Assembly (NCBI GenBank): GCA_963845515.1
Contig: CAWJSR010000050.1
Span: 1-64,000 of the forward strand
Reading direction: 5' to 3'
DNA: 64,000 bases
Source: an uncultured delta proteobacterium
GTDB taxonomy: Bacteria > Myxococcota > Myxococcia > Myxococcales > Anaeromyxobacteraceae
This document shows, one piece after another, positions 46,939 through 55,401 of this stretch. The notes under the pieces were generated by a model. That model was not told the DNA's origin, made no database searches, and was given only the letters and a program-made list of their open reading frames with translations. The translations under genes were made by a program, and so were the position numbers. The first letter of the stretch is position 1. Each line of letters begins with the position of its first letter.

Positions 46939-48057
46939 TCATCCGTCCAACCCGTTCCCTGGGCTCTGCCGTGGCTCTGAGCCCTGAGGCGCCCGCGTCG
47001 GGCGTCCAGCGAGCGTGTAACGATCCATCCACGCATCGCCGAAGTGCTGCCGGGCGGCGAGGAGATTGTGCAGCTGGCAGAGCACCCTGACTCCGGCGAC
47101 GGTCGACTTCCCGCCGCGAGCGCGCGGGACGACGTGATCGAACTGGAGCCGGTGGGTCGAGCCGCAGATGCCGCCGCCGTCCAACGGCCACTGGCAGCAC
47201 CCACCATCGCGGACCCAGACCTCCCGCTTCACGGCCGCGGGGATCGCGCTCGAGTCACGCTCCTCTCCCTCCGGCCGAAGGCTGGGGGGAGAGGACTCAG
47301 GTGAGGGGGGCTTCACTGCCTTTGGCCTCGCGCAGATCCCCTTCCGCTTCGCTGCCCGCTCGATGAGGAGATCGAGCCCGGCCTCGAGGATCGCCTCGGC
47401 GTCTGCGCCCGGGAGGGAGTGAGAGAGCGCATCGCGAGCGGCGTCGAGCTTCGCCATGAACCGCTTCGAGACGGTGACGTGGAGCCTGCGCAGGTCGGCG
47501 GTGAGCGGCTCGGCGACGGCTTGCGGAGGCGCAGCGGCCGGCGGCGCGAGCGCGAGTTCTACTGGACGAACTTCTGCGCTCGTTTGCCGCACGGGGCTCG
47601 GCCGAGCGACAGGGGGGAGCGTGCGGGCGAGCGCCGGCAGCGCCGTCACCACCTCGCGCCGAGGCACGGCGACCTGGGGGCAGATCTCGGCCGCGACCGC
47701 CTTCGCCTCCTGCTTCGAGGCGTGGAAGAAGCGCGGCAGCACCTCGGTCCGGTTCCCCGGCGTGATCACCTTCGCCAGCTCGACGATGCTCGTGATGCAC
47801 AGACGCCCATCGCGCAGCGGCTCGACCACCTCGGGGAAGCGCTGGATGAGCTCCGCCGCCGTCTTGCGGAAGTGGCTCGCCCCCTTCGACAGGCCGAGCT
47901 CCCGGTGCAGGAAGGTGAAGAGGCTGGAATGGCCCAGCTTCAGCCACAGGCGGCGGTCGTCGAAGCCGGCAAGGGCGACGAGGAAGTCGGCCATCGCGCC
48001 CTGCTCGCGACGGAGGAGACGGTGGAGGTGGGCGGCGAACTCTCGGGCGTTGTCCAT
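46939..48057 (-). CDS. HNH endonuclease-family protein with helical (DUF222-like) N-terminal domain
   Basis: IPAAVKREVWVRDGGCCQW..CGSTHRLQFDHVVPRARGG..LCQLHN. Confidence 0.85.
   Translation of the reverse strand: MDNAREFAAHLHRLLRREQGAMADFLVALAGFDDRRLWLKLGHSSLFTFLHRELGLSKGASHFRKTAAELIQRFPEVVEPLRDGRLCITSIVELAKVITPGNRTEVLPRFFHASKQEAKAVAAEICPQVAVPRREVVTALPALARTLPPVARPSPVRQTSAEVRPVELALAPPAAAPPQAVAEPLTADLRRLHVTVSKRFMAKLDAARDALSHSLPGADAEAILEAGLDLLIERAAKRKGICARPKAVKPPSPESSPPSLRPEGEERDSSAIPAAVKREVWVRDGGCCQWPLDGGGICGSTHRLQFDHVVPRARGGKSTVAGVRVLCQLHNLLAARQHFGDAWMDRYTLAGRPTRAPQGSEPRQSPGNGLDG
47261..47310. repeat. REP-like palindrome inside the HNH coding sequence
   Basis: tcctctccc-tccggccgaaggctggg-gggagagga-ctcaggtgagggggg. 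Confidence 0.7.
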
Positions 48058-48573
48058 GCACTCATGGTCTCACGCGTTTTCGACCCTTCCTGAAACGCAC
48101 GCATTCGACGACTGGACCGAGCTCTCGGCAGGGAGCTTCTTCCTCCGCAGCCGAGCCTCCGCGCGAGCCGGAAGGCGAAGCGAAGAGGGCTCACGCGGGC
48201 TCTGGGGCGACCCGGCGCGGCGAGCAACGATCCAGGCGGGATCGCGTCAATGCCTTTCCTCACCGTGAACCCATCTGGGACGCGTCCTTGCGCGCGCGTT
48301 GCCCGCCGCCTCGATGCGGTGACCACCGTCGAACGGCGGTGCACGACCGAAGACGACGGACATCGAGGTCGCGGCCGCCCACTCCCGCGTCGTTGCCGCT
48401 TCGAGCGCGATGACGCTGCCGCGTCGCGGGACCCGACAACGCCGCCTGCGCCTTGCTCGGGGACGTTCCCGCGACGTCCGCCTGAAAAAAGACTAATGGT
48501 CAGCGACGAATTTGGGGGAGAGGCTGGGTGAGGGGGCAAGCCCATCCCCCCCGGCCGTTCACCGGCCCCCGGC

Positions 48574-48783
48574 TCACGACCGGCCAGCCTTCTCGATCAC
48601 GTCCGCGTCGACCAGGTCCTGCGGCCGGCCGCTCGCGCGCTTGTTGGCGAGGAGGTGCGTCCTGCCGATCACCGGCAGCGGCTGGCCGCCGTACTCCGTC
48701 ACGAGCCGCGCAGGCCAGGCCTCCGCGAACTCCACGCCGTCTATGGAGGTGAGCAGGTCGATCCGGTTCGGTGGCAGCCCCAT
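48574..48783 (-). pseudogene. C-terminal remnant of a nucleotidyltransferase-like gene
   Basis: GLPPNRIDLLTSIDGVEF..LLANKRASGRPQDLVD; upstream sequence lacks the family N-terminus. Confidence 0.7.
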
Positions 48784-48888
48784 CGATTCCGTGGTTCGGA
48801 GCCAACGGGCGCGACCAGCGACCTCGGCGAGCATCCGGACGATGTCGGTCTCGATCTTCGCGCGAGGTTGCGGCGCATCGCCCTCGGG

Positions 48889-49194
48889 TCAGATCCCCCG
48901 GGAAGGACGGGCGTCGCTCCGCGGTGCGACCGAACGTGGCCGACCTGCACGTGGGCGCGCAGCCAGGCGCTTCGCCTCCCGAAACAGGCTCGCGACCGTC
49001 ACGCCGAGGGCGTCCGCGATCGCGACTACCGCCGGGATTGAGCAAGCCGATCCCGCCTCCAACCGCTGCACCGACCTGGGTTCCAACCCGACGACCTCCG
49101 CAAGCCGGGCCTGGGTCATGCGTCGTCGTGTCCGTGCGCGGCGTACGTTAGCGCCGAGATGACGCCGGACCTGAGAGACGCGTTCGCTTCGCAC
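48889..49194 (-). CDS. XRE-family helix-turn-helix regulator
   Basis: LGANVRRAR..MTQARLAEVVGLEPRSVQRLEAG..IADALGV. Confidence 0.8.
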   Translation of the reverse strand: MRSERVSQVRRHLGANVRRARTRRRMTQARLAEVVGLEPRSVQRLEAGSACSIPAVVAIADALGVTVASLFREAKRLAARPRAGRPRSVAPRSDARPSRGI

Positions 49195-49320
49195 CGACCC
49201 GAGCGTGTCGCGGATCGTTTCGGACTAATACGACGTGGTGTGTCGTGTTACGCTGCACCTGGGTTCGGCAACCGCGGTGCATCACCAGCAGTGCGGACGC
49301 CGAGTGAAAGGGGTATCACC

Positions 49321-49935
49321 ATGACAATTACTGGACGGCTGGCGGCGCTTTCCCTGATCGCGGCGCCGCTGTGCGCCAACGCACAGGAGATGGCGGAATC
49401 GGGGAAGGCGTACCTCGCAGTGAAACTGGGCGCCGTCTTCCCAAAGCATGAGGACCTGAAGGGCTTCGACAACGGATTCGCCCTGGAAGCCGCCGCGGGA
49501 TACCGCGCCAACGAGAACCTGGCACTGGAGGTGTCGGTCGGTCGCTTCAGCATCAGCCGATCAGGCACCTACTACGATGCGTACTACGGCGTCTTTTACA
49601 CGGAGACCGTGGACGACACCGCGATCCCGATCATGGTGACCGCGAAGGCCATTTTCCAGGTCGAGAAGCTCGAGCTCTACGGGCTCGCAGGCGGTGGCCT
49701 GTACCTGATTTCGTCGCATGTCGAGGACAAGGCGGCGGGCTACGCGCCGTTCACCGCCTCCGACTCGAGCAGCGCGTTCGGCTTCCACATCGGAGCGGGG
49801 GCGTCTCTGAGATTCTCCCCGCGGGCATCCATTGGGGCCGAAGCGAAGTACGCTATCGGAACGGTCAACATCTGGGACGTCGACCAACACTTCGACAGCA
49901 TCATTGTCGCGGGCACGCTGACGTACTCACCGTGA
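49321..49935 (+). CDS. outer-membrane beta-barrel protein (8-stranded OmpA/OmpW-like)
   Basis: Signal peptide ending ANA, amphipathic strands, YGLAGGG and FGFHIGAG; lower GC. Confidence 0.8.
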   Translation: MTITGRLAALSLIAAPLCANAQEMAESGKAYLAVKLGAVFPKHEDLKGFDNGFALEAAAGYRANENLALEVSVGRFSISRSGTYYDAYYGVFYTETVDDTAIPIMVTAKAIFQVEKLELYGLAGGGLYLISSHVEDKAAGYAPFTASDSSSAFGFHIGAGASLRFSPRASIGAEAKYAIGTVNIWDVDQHFDSIIVAGTLTYSP

Positions 49936-49975
49936 GTCCCACTGCCGAGCAGGCGAGGCGCCGTGCCCGCGACCA

Positions 49976-50007
49976 CCGTGGGTATCGCGCCCCGCTCGAT
50001 CGGCGAT
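49976..50007. repeat. 32-bp direct repeat, copy 1
   Basis: ccgtgggtatcgcgccccgctcgatcggcgat; 31/32 identical to 50761-50792. Confidence 0.9.
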
Positions 50008-50037
50008 GTGGCGGCGGGACCGCCTGGGTCTGGCCGT

Positions 50038-50676
50038 CTACTTCTTCACGAGCCCGTCGGCTGCGAGCCGGGCGGCCGCCTCGCTGGCGAGCGAGTACAT
50101 CAGCGTGTCCCAGCGCGCGAAGGCGTTCCCGCGGGTCAGCGACGTGCCCAGCCAGGCCGTGCTGCCCGTGGCAACGTCCACGAGCCTCACCTCGAACCGC
50201 ACGCGGGGCTTGTTGATGTAGTAGCCCGGGTTCTGCCGGGTAGTCGCCGTCCAGTTCACGGTGCCCGTCGTGGTCCCGCCGTGGCTGGTGGCCGTCCCGT
50301 AGCCCGTGCCGGTGGTCGTTGTGCTGCCCGGCACGTACGTCGAGAACACGGAGGCGTCGGTCAACGTAACGAACAGCACGCCGTTCGCGCCGGACGCCTG
50401 CAGCGCGGCGTTGATGTCCTCGTTCGAGTAATCCCGCGTCGGGGGCAGGACCGTCATCGCCGGCATGGCCTGCGCCCCGCGCGCCTGTAGGGCGGCGACG
50501 AAGCTGTTCTCCGCGTTGGCCTTCTTCTCTAAGTCGGTGAACGGCGCCACGACGACGATGCGCCGGAACGCCCTGCTCTGGAACGCCGGGTCGCGCACCG
50601 AGGTCATGGAGGTGATGGCACAGCCCGCGAGAAGCACGAGCGCAATCACTACCGCCCATGGTCCCATCGTCTTCAT
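50038..50676 (-). CDS. hypothetical lipoprotein
   Basis: Lipobox LLAGC, Thr/Gly-rich insert. Confidence 0.8.
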   Translation of the reverse strand: MKTMGPWAVVIALVLLAGCAITSMTSVRDPAFQSRAFRRIVVVAPFTDLEKKANAENSFVAALQARGAQAMPAMTVLPPTRDYSNEDINAALQASGANGVLFVTLTDASVFSTYVPGSTTTTGTGYGTATSHGGTTTGTVNWTATTRQNPGYYINKPRVRFEVRLVDVATGSTAWLGTSLTRGNAFARWDTLMYSLASEAAARLAADGLVKK

Positions 50677-50760
50677 GGGGACCTCCCATTTTGCGCCAAG
50701 TGTAGACCTCTCGGCGCGCCCGCCGGAAGCCCACGAGCTAGAAGGCGGAGCGCGGCCGCC

Positions 50761-50812
50761 CCGTGGGTATCGCGCCCCGCTCGACCGGCGATTCGGTGTG
50801 GCCGGTCACGTC
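50761..50812. repeat. 32-bp direct repeat, copy 2, extending into a diverged copy of the tlyA 3' segment
   Basis: 50780-50812 matches 51327-51359 at 27/33 nt. Confidence 0.85.
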
Positions 50813-50817
50813 TGATC

Positions 50818-51001
50818 TCAGCGTGAGGGGGTCCCGCCCGAGCGTTCGATGGCGTCCGCGTCGACGAGATCCTGCGGCCGTCCGCTGGTGAAGCGCGGGG
50901 CCGCGTGAAACCGCGAGCGCGTAACCGCCGACGAGCAGGTACTCAGCGCCCGCGCCGTTCAAGGCGGCAAACAGATCTTTGAAGTCCGGATTGACCGGCA
51001 T
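50818..51001 (-). pseudogene. nucleotidyltransferase-like pseudogene (frameshift plus internal deletion)
   Basis: MPVNPDFKDLFAALNGAGAEYLLVGGYALAV, extra base near 50908, then HAAPRFT joined directly to the C-terminal SGRPQDLVDAD. Confidence 0.75.
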
Positions 51002-51164
51002 CGGGCTCCCGCCAGGCCTGGTATTCGAGCACCAGCTCCCACACCATCTCGAGCCGCCGCGCCGGTGGAACGGTGGCCCAGAACTCCCGGTCGAACTCAC
51101 CGTCGTCATCGTGGAGACCGACGATGCGGCTCGTCCCGTGGCTCCTGGCGTCGCGCGCGCTCAC
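50943..51164 (-). CDS. small hypothetical protein overlapping the nucleotidyltransferase gene (antitoxin-like partner)
   Basis: DREFWATVPPARRLEMVWEL..LQRSV; overlaps the downstream start. Confidence 0.6.
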   Translation of the reverse strand: MSARDARSHGTSRIVGLHDDDGEFDREFWATVPPARRLEMVWELVLEYQAWREPDAGQSGLQRSVCRLERRGR

Positions 51165-51194
51165 TCTTGCATCATATATCGGCCTATGCAGCGG

Positions 51195-51278
51195 GCGGGC
51201 GCCCCACCCCCGGCTTCACTAAATCGCACTGCTTTACGCCAGCGTGAAGCTTGGGTGTTTAGTGAAGCAGGCGCCTGC
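51195..51278. other. nested stem-loop directly after tlyA
   Basis: gcttcactaaa (51213-51223)/tttagtgaagc (51258-51268) enclosing gctttacgc/gcgtgaagc; outer gcgggcgcc/ggcgcctgc. Confidence 0.6.
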
Positions 51279-52019
51279 CTACCGCAACCTCAACCCCAGC
51301 AGCCACTCCCGGTTCCCCGCCGGCCCCTCGATCGGCGACTCGGCGTGGCCGAGCACCTCGAAGCCGAGCCCCACCGCAAACGCGGCCACCGCGTCGAGGG
51401 CAGCGCGGCGCTTGGCGTCGTCGCGGACGACGCCCCCCTTGCCGACCTCCCCCTTCCCTACCTCGAACTGGGGCTTCACGAGGAGGGCCGCCTGCCCGCC
51501 CGGCTTCAGGATGGCCTTGACGGCCGGGAGGATGAGCTTGAGCGAGATGAAGGACAGGTCCCCGACGACGACGTCGACCTGCTCGCCGAGGGCTTCGGCG
51601 GTCAGGTTGCGGGCGTTCTCGCGCTCGCGGACCACTACGCGCGGGTCGCTGCGCAGCTTCGCGTGGAGCTGGCCGTAGCCGACGTCCACCGCGTAGACCT
51701 TCACTGCGCCGCGCTGCAGCAGCAGGTCGGTGAAGCCACCGGTCGACGCGCCGAGGTCGGCGCAGGTCTTGCCGGCGGGCTCGATCGGGAACACCTCCAG
51801 CGCCTTCTCGAGCTTGAGCGCGCCGCGGGAGACGTACTTCTGCGGCGCCGAGTCCTCCTTGAGCCTGAGCTCGACGGCCGGATCCACGAGCTGACCAGGC
51901 TTGTCGATCCGCGTCTCGCCGGCGACGACCGCGCCGGCCATCACCAGCGCCTGCGCCCGCGTGCGGGAGTCGGCGAGTCCGCGCTCGACGAGGAGAAGAT
52001 CGATCCGCTGGCGCTTCAA
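51279..52019 (-). CDS. tlyA: TlyA family rRNA methyltransferase
   Basis: TTG start; YVSRGALKL, DLGASTGGFTD, DLSFISL, LVKPQFE, SPIEGPAGNRE. Confidence 0.93.
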   Translation of the reverse strand: MKRQRIDLLLVERGLADSRTRAQALVMAGAVVAGETRIDKPGQLVDPAVELRLKEDSAPQKYVSRGALKLEKALEVFPIEPAGKTCADLGASTGGFTDLLLQRGAVKVYAVDVGYGQLHAKLRSDPRVVVRERENARNLTAEALGEQVDVVVGDLSFISLKLILPAVKAILKPGGQAALLVKPQFEVGKGEVGKGGVVRDDAKRRAALDAVAAFAVGLGFEVLGHAESPIEGPAGNREWLLGLRLR

Positions 52020-52027
52020 GGCCCGCT

Positions 52028-52065
52028 CCCTCACCCTGCCCTCTCCCCCGGTGGGGGAGAGGGGG
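52028..52065. repeat. REP-like palindrome in the dxs-tlyA spacer
   Basis: ccctcaccctg-ccctctccccc-ggt-gggggagaggg. Confidence 0.8.
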
Positions 52066-52069
52066 AATC

Positions 52070-53977
52070 CTACGCCGCCCCGAGCGCCCGCTTCACCTTG
52101 GCCAGCTCGCGGCAGGCGAGGACGATGCCCGGTGAGTCGAGGCCGCACTCGGTCCGCTGGCGGGACTGGTCGGCGTGCTCGATGAACCGGTCTGGGATGC
52201 CGAGCCGGCGCGTCTGGAGCCCTGCGGCGAGCAGGCCGCGCGCCTCTAACGCCTCCAGGCAGGCCGAGCCGAAGCCGCCCTGCAGCGCGTTCTCCTCGAT
52301 CGTCACCACGCGGCCGATCCGGGCCGCGGCGTCGCAGATGAGCTCCTCGTCGAGCGGCTTCACGAAGCGCGCGTCGATCACCTCGACGGCGATCCCCTCC
52401 TTCGCGAGCTCGTCGGCTGCGGACAGCGCGGGCCGGAGCACCGTCCCCGCTGCCACCAGGAGCACCTCGGGGCTGGGACCACCGGGGCGCGCCACCCGCC
52501 CCTTGCCGAGCTGGAGCGGCTGCGGCTGGGCGTCGAGCCTCACCCCCTCCCCGGCGCCGCGCGGGAAGCGGAGCGCGCAGGGGCCGTCGTGCTGGAGGGC
52601 GGTGCGGAGCATCCGCCGGAGCTCGTTCTCGTCAGACGGCGCCATCACCACGAGGTTGGGGACGCACCGGAGGAAGGACAGGTCGAGCACGCCGTGGTGC
52701 GTCTTGCCGTCCGCGCCGACGAGGCCACCGCGGTCGAGGACGAAGGTGACCGGCAGGTGCTGGAGCGCCACGTCGTGGACCAGCTGGTCGTACGCGCGCT
52801 GCATGAAGCCGGAGTAGATGGCGACCACCGGCCGGATCCCGTCGCAGGCGAGCCCTGCGGCGAAGGTGACGGCGTGCGGCTCGGCGATCCCGACGTCGTA
52901 CGTCCGGTCTGGGAACCGCTCCTTGCAGCGGATCAGGCCGGTCCCCTCGAGCATCGCCGCGGTGATGGCGACGACCTTGTCGTCCCGCTCCATCTCCTCG
53001 CAGAGCGCCTCGGCGAAGAGGTCCGTCCAGGATCTGGACGGCCTCTTCTTCGGTTCGCCGGTGGCGACGTCGAAGAACGAGAGCCCGTGCCCCCGGGTCG
53101 CCGCGTCCGCCTCGGCCGCGTGGTAGCCCTTCCCCTTCTGCGTCATCACGTGGAAGAGGACCGGCCCGCCGAACTGCGCCAGCTTCTGGAAGGTGTCGAC
53201 GAGCGCGACGACGTCGTGCCCATCGACCGGCCCGACGTAGTTGAAGCCCAGCCCCTCGAAGAGCACGCCCGGCGTCACGAGCGCCTTGGCCGCCGTGATG
53301 CCGTGCCGGATGGCGTCGATCGCCTCCGCGCCCCTGGGGACCTTCCCGAGGAACTCCTTCACCTGCTTGCGCCACCGGTTGTAGGTGCGCGAGGTGAACT
53401 TCTTGGAGAGCCACTCGCTCATCGCGCCGACGTTGGGCGAGATGGACATCTCGTTGTCGTTCAGGACGACGATCAGGTCCCGCTTGAGGTAGCCGGCCTG
53501 GTTGAGCCCCTCGAAGGCCTCGCCGCCGGTCATCGCGCCGTCGCCGATCAGCGCCACGACCTTGCCTGGCGCGTCGTTGAGCCGCTTGGCCTCGGCGAAG
53601 CCCAGCGCCGCGGAGATGGACGTGCTGGCGTGGCCGACGCCGAAGGCGTCGTGCGGCGACTCGGCCCGCTCCGGGAACCCTGCGAGGCCGCCCTCGGTCC
53701 TGATGCTGCGGAAGCGGTCGCGCCGCCCGGTGAGCAGCTTGTGGGCGTAGGCCTGGTGTCCGACGTCCCAGACCAGCTTGTCCTCCGGCGACGAGAACAC
53801 GTAGTGCATCGCCACGATGATCTCGACGGCGCCGAGCGAGCTGCCGAGGTGACCGCCGTTCCGCGCGCAGACCCCGACGATCTCGTCGCGGAGCTCGGCG
53901 CACAGCCTGGGAAGCTCCTCAACCGGGAGGCGCTTGAGGTCGTCGGGGGAGTCGATCTTGTCGAGGAGGCGGCTCAT
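52070..53977 (-). CDS. dxs: 1-deoxy-D-xylulose-5-phosphate synthase
   Basis: GGHLGSSLG, WDVGHQAY, GDGAMTGG, DVGIAEPHAVTFAAG, DGKTHHG. Confidence 0.96.
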   Translation of the reverse strand: MSRLLDKIDSPDDLKRLPVEELPRLCAELRDEIVGVCARNGGHLGSSLGAVEIIVAMHYVFSSPEDKLVWDVGHQAYAHKLLTGRRDRFRSIRTEGGLAGFPERAESPHDAFGVGHASTSISAALGFAEAKRLNDAPGKVVALIGDGAMTGGEAFEGLNQAGYLKRDLIVVLNDNEMSISPNVGAMSEWLSKKFTSRTYNRWRKQVKEFLGKVPRGAEAIDAIRHGITAAKALVTPGVLFEGLGFNYVGPVDGHDVVALVDTFQKLAQFGGPVLFHVMTQKGKGYHAAEADAATRGHGLSFFDVATGEPKKRPSRSWTDLFAEALCEEMERDDKVVAITAAMLEGTGLIRCKERFPDRTYDVGIAEPHAVTFAAGLACDGIRPVVAIYSGFMQRAYDQLVHDVALQHLPVTFVLDRGGLVGADGKTHHGVLDLSFLRCVPNLVVMAPSDENELRRMLRTALQHDGPCALRFPRGAGEGVRLDAQPQPLQLGKGRVARPGGPSPEVLLVAAGTVLRPALSAADELAKEGIAVEVIDARFVKPLDEELICDAAARIGRVVTIEENALQGGFGSACLEALEARGLLAAGLQTRRLGIPDRFIEHADQSRQRTECGLDSPGIVLACRELAKVKRALGAA

Positions 53978-54028
53978 CGTTCGGTCCATTCTAGTCTCGT
54001 CGCGCCCCGGCGGAGCAGGTCGGTCGGC

Positions 54029-54913
54029 CTACTTCTTCCGGGCGAGGATGTAGCTGGAGAGCGCTCGCAGCGGCGCCGCCTTCTCGCCGAGCGGCGCCAC
54101 TGCCTCGAGCGCCCGGCCGAGGAGCGCGCCGGCACGACGGCGGGACTCGTCGACGCCCACGATCGCCGGGATCGTCGACTTCCCCTGGGCGACGTCCTTC
54201 CCCGGAGTCTTCCCCAGCGTGGCGGCGTCCGCGGTGAGGTCGAGGAGGTCGTCCGCGATCTGGAACGCGAGGCCGAGGTCGAGGCCGATCGGATAGACCT
54301 CCTCGGCGCTGGCGCCGGCGCACAGCGCCCCGCCCGCCACCGACGCAGCCAGGAGGGCGCCGGTCTTGGCGCGCATCAGCTCGATCACCGCCGCCTCGTC
54401 GAGCCGCGCGTTGTTGCCGGCCATGTCGCGGGCCTGCCCCTCGACCATGAGCCAGGCGTTCTCGGCGAGGAGCCTCCCGAGCGGCGCCGCCCGGACGTCG
54501 TCGCAGGCGAGCAGGTGCTTGAAGGCGAGCGACTGGAGCCCATCTCCCACCAGGACCGCGGTGGCCTCGTCGAAGGCCTTGTGGACCGTCGGCCGCCCGC
54601 GCCGAAGGTCGTCGTCGTCCATGCTCGGCAGGTCGTCGTGGACGAGCGAGTAGGTGTGGACGCACTCCATGGCCACCGCGAAGCGCATCGCCAGCGAGCC
54701 GTCCGAGACGTCGCCGCCCCAGGCCTCGCAAGCCGCCAGGACGAGCGCCGGACGCATCCGCTTCCCGCCGCCCATGAGCGCGTACCGCGTCGCCGCGAGC
54801 AGCCGCGACGGACCGCGACCGAGCCGCTCGTCCGCCAGCTGGCCGAGCTGCACCTCGACCCGCTGGGCGACCGCCCGAAGGTAGGGCTCGACGGGAAAGT
54901 CCGATGGTTCCAC
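54029..54913 (-). CDS. ispA: farnesyl diphosphate synthase
   Basis: GGKRMRP, HDDLPSMDDDDLRRG, FQIADDLLD, GKD. Confidence 0.92.
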   Translation of the reverse strand: MEPSDFPVEPYLRAVAQRVEVQLGQLADERLGRGPSRLLAATRYALMGGGKRMRPALVLAACEAWGGDVSDGSLAMRFAVAMECVHTYSLVHDDLPSMDDDDLRRGRPTVHKAFDEATAVLVGDGLQSLAFKHLLACDDVRAAPLGRLLAENAWLMVEGQARDMAGNNARLDEAAVIELMRAKTGALLAASVAGGALCAGASAEEVYPIGLDLGLAFQIADDLLDLTADAATLGKTPGKDVAQGKSTIPAIVGVDESRRRAGALLGRALEAVAPLGEKAAPLRALSSYILARKK

Positions 54914-54987
54914 GGCGGCCTCCTTCTAGCACCGCCGCCCCCCGGGTAACCAGAGGCTCGGGTGCCGGGCGGCGCGCCGGCGATGGC

Positions 54988-55401
54988 TCAGGTCGCCGCC
55001 GGCCGCCGGCTCGCGAGGATCTCGCGGATCCGCTCCACGAGCCGCTCCATGTCGAGCGGCTTCGCGAAGTAATCGATTGCGCCCGCGGCGCGGCCTGCCC
55101 GCTCGTCCTCGTCGCTCTTCCGGGCCGAGATGAAGACGACCGGGATGTCCGTGAAGCTCGGGTTCTGCTTGATCGCGCGGCAGAGCTCGAAGCCGTCGAT
55201 CCAGCTCATCATGATGTCGAGCAGGATCAGGTCCGGCCTGTCCACGTGCATCGCCGAGATGAGCCGCAGCCCGTTGGCCGCCGTCCGCACCTCGAACCCC
55301 TCCAGGTCGAGCGCCAAGGTCAGCATCTCGCGGGTGTCACGATCGTCGTCGACGATGATGATCTGGGGCCGCGCAGGGGGACCGCTCTCAGCGTCCGCCA
55401 T
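54988..55401 (-). CDS. single-domain response regulator
   Basis: IVDDD..LLDIMM..AKP. Confidence 0.9.
   Translation of the reverse strand: MADAESGPPARPQIIIVDDDRDTREMLTLALDLEGFEVRTAANGLRLISAMHVDRPDLILLDIMMSWIDGFELCRAIKQNPSFTDIPVVFISARKSDEDERAGRAAGAIDYFAKPLDMERLVERIREILASRRPAAT

Larger units (their letters stand above)
46714..48536. mobile_element. putative REP-bounded HNH element
   Basis: Left arm cctctccccc-N7-cgctgaccatt (46714-46741) is the inverted match of right arm aatggtcagcg-N8-gggggagagg (48495-48523); encloses the HNH gene. Confidence 0.45.

Noticed and set aside
46650..51280. Integron with attC sites
   Set aside because: No intI, and no convincing RYYYAAC..GTTRRRY pairs at gene boundaries
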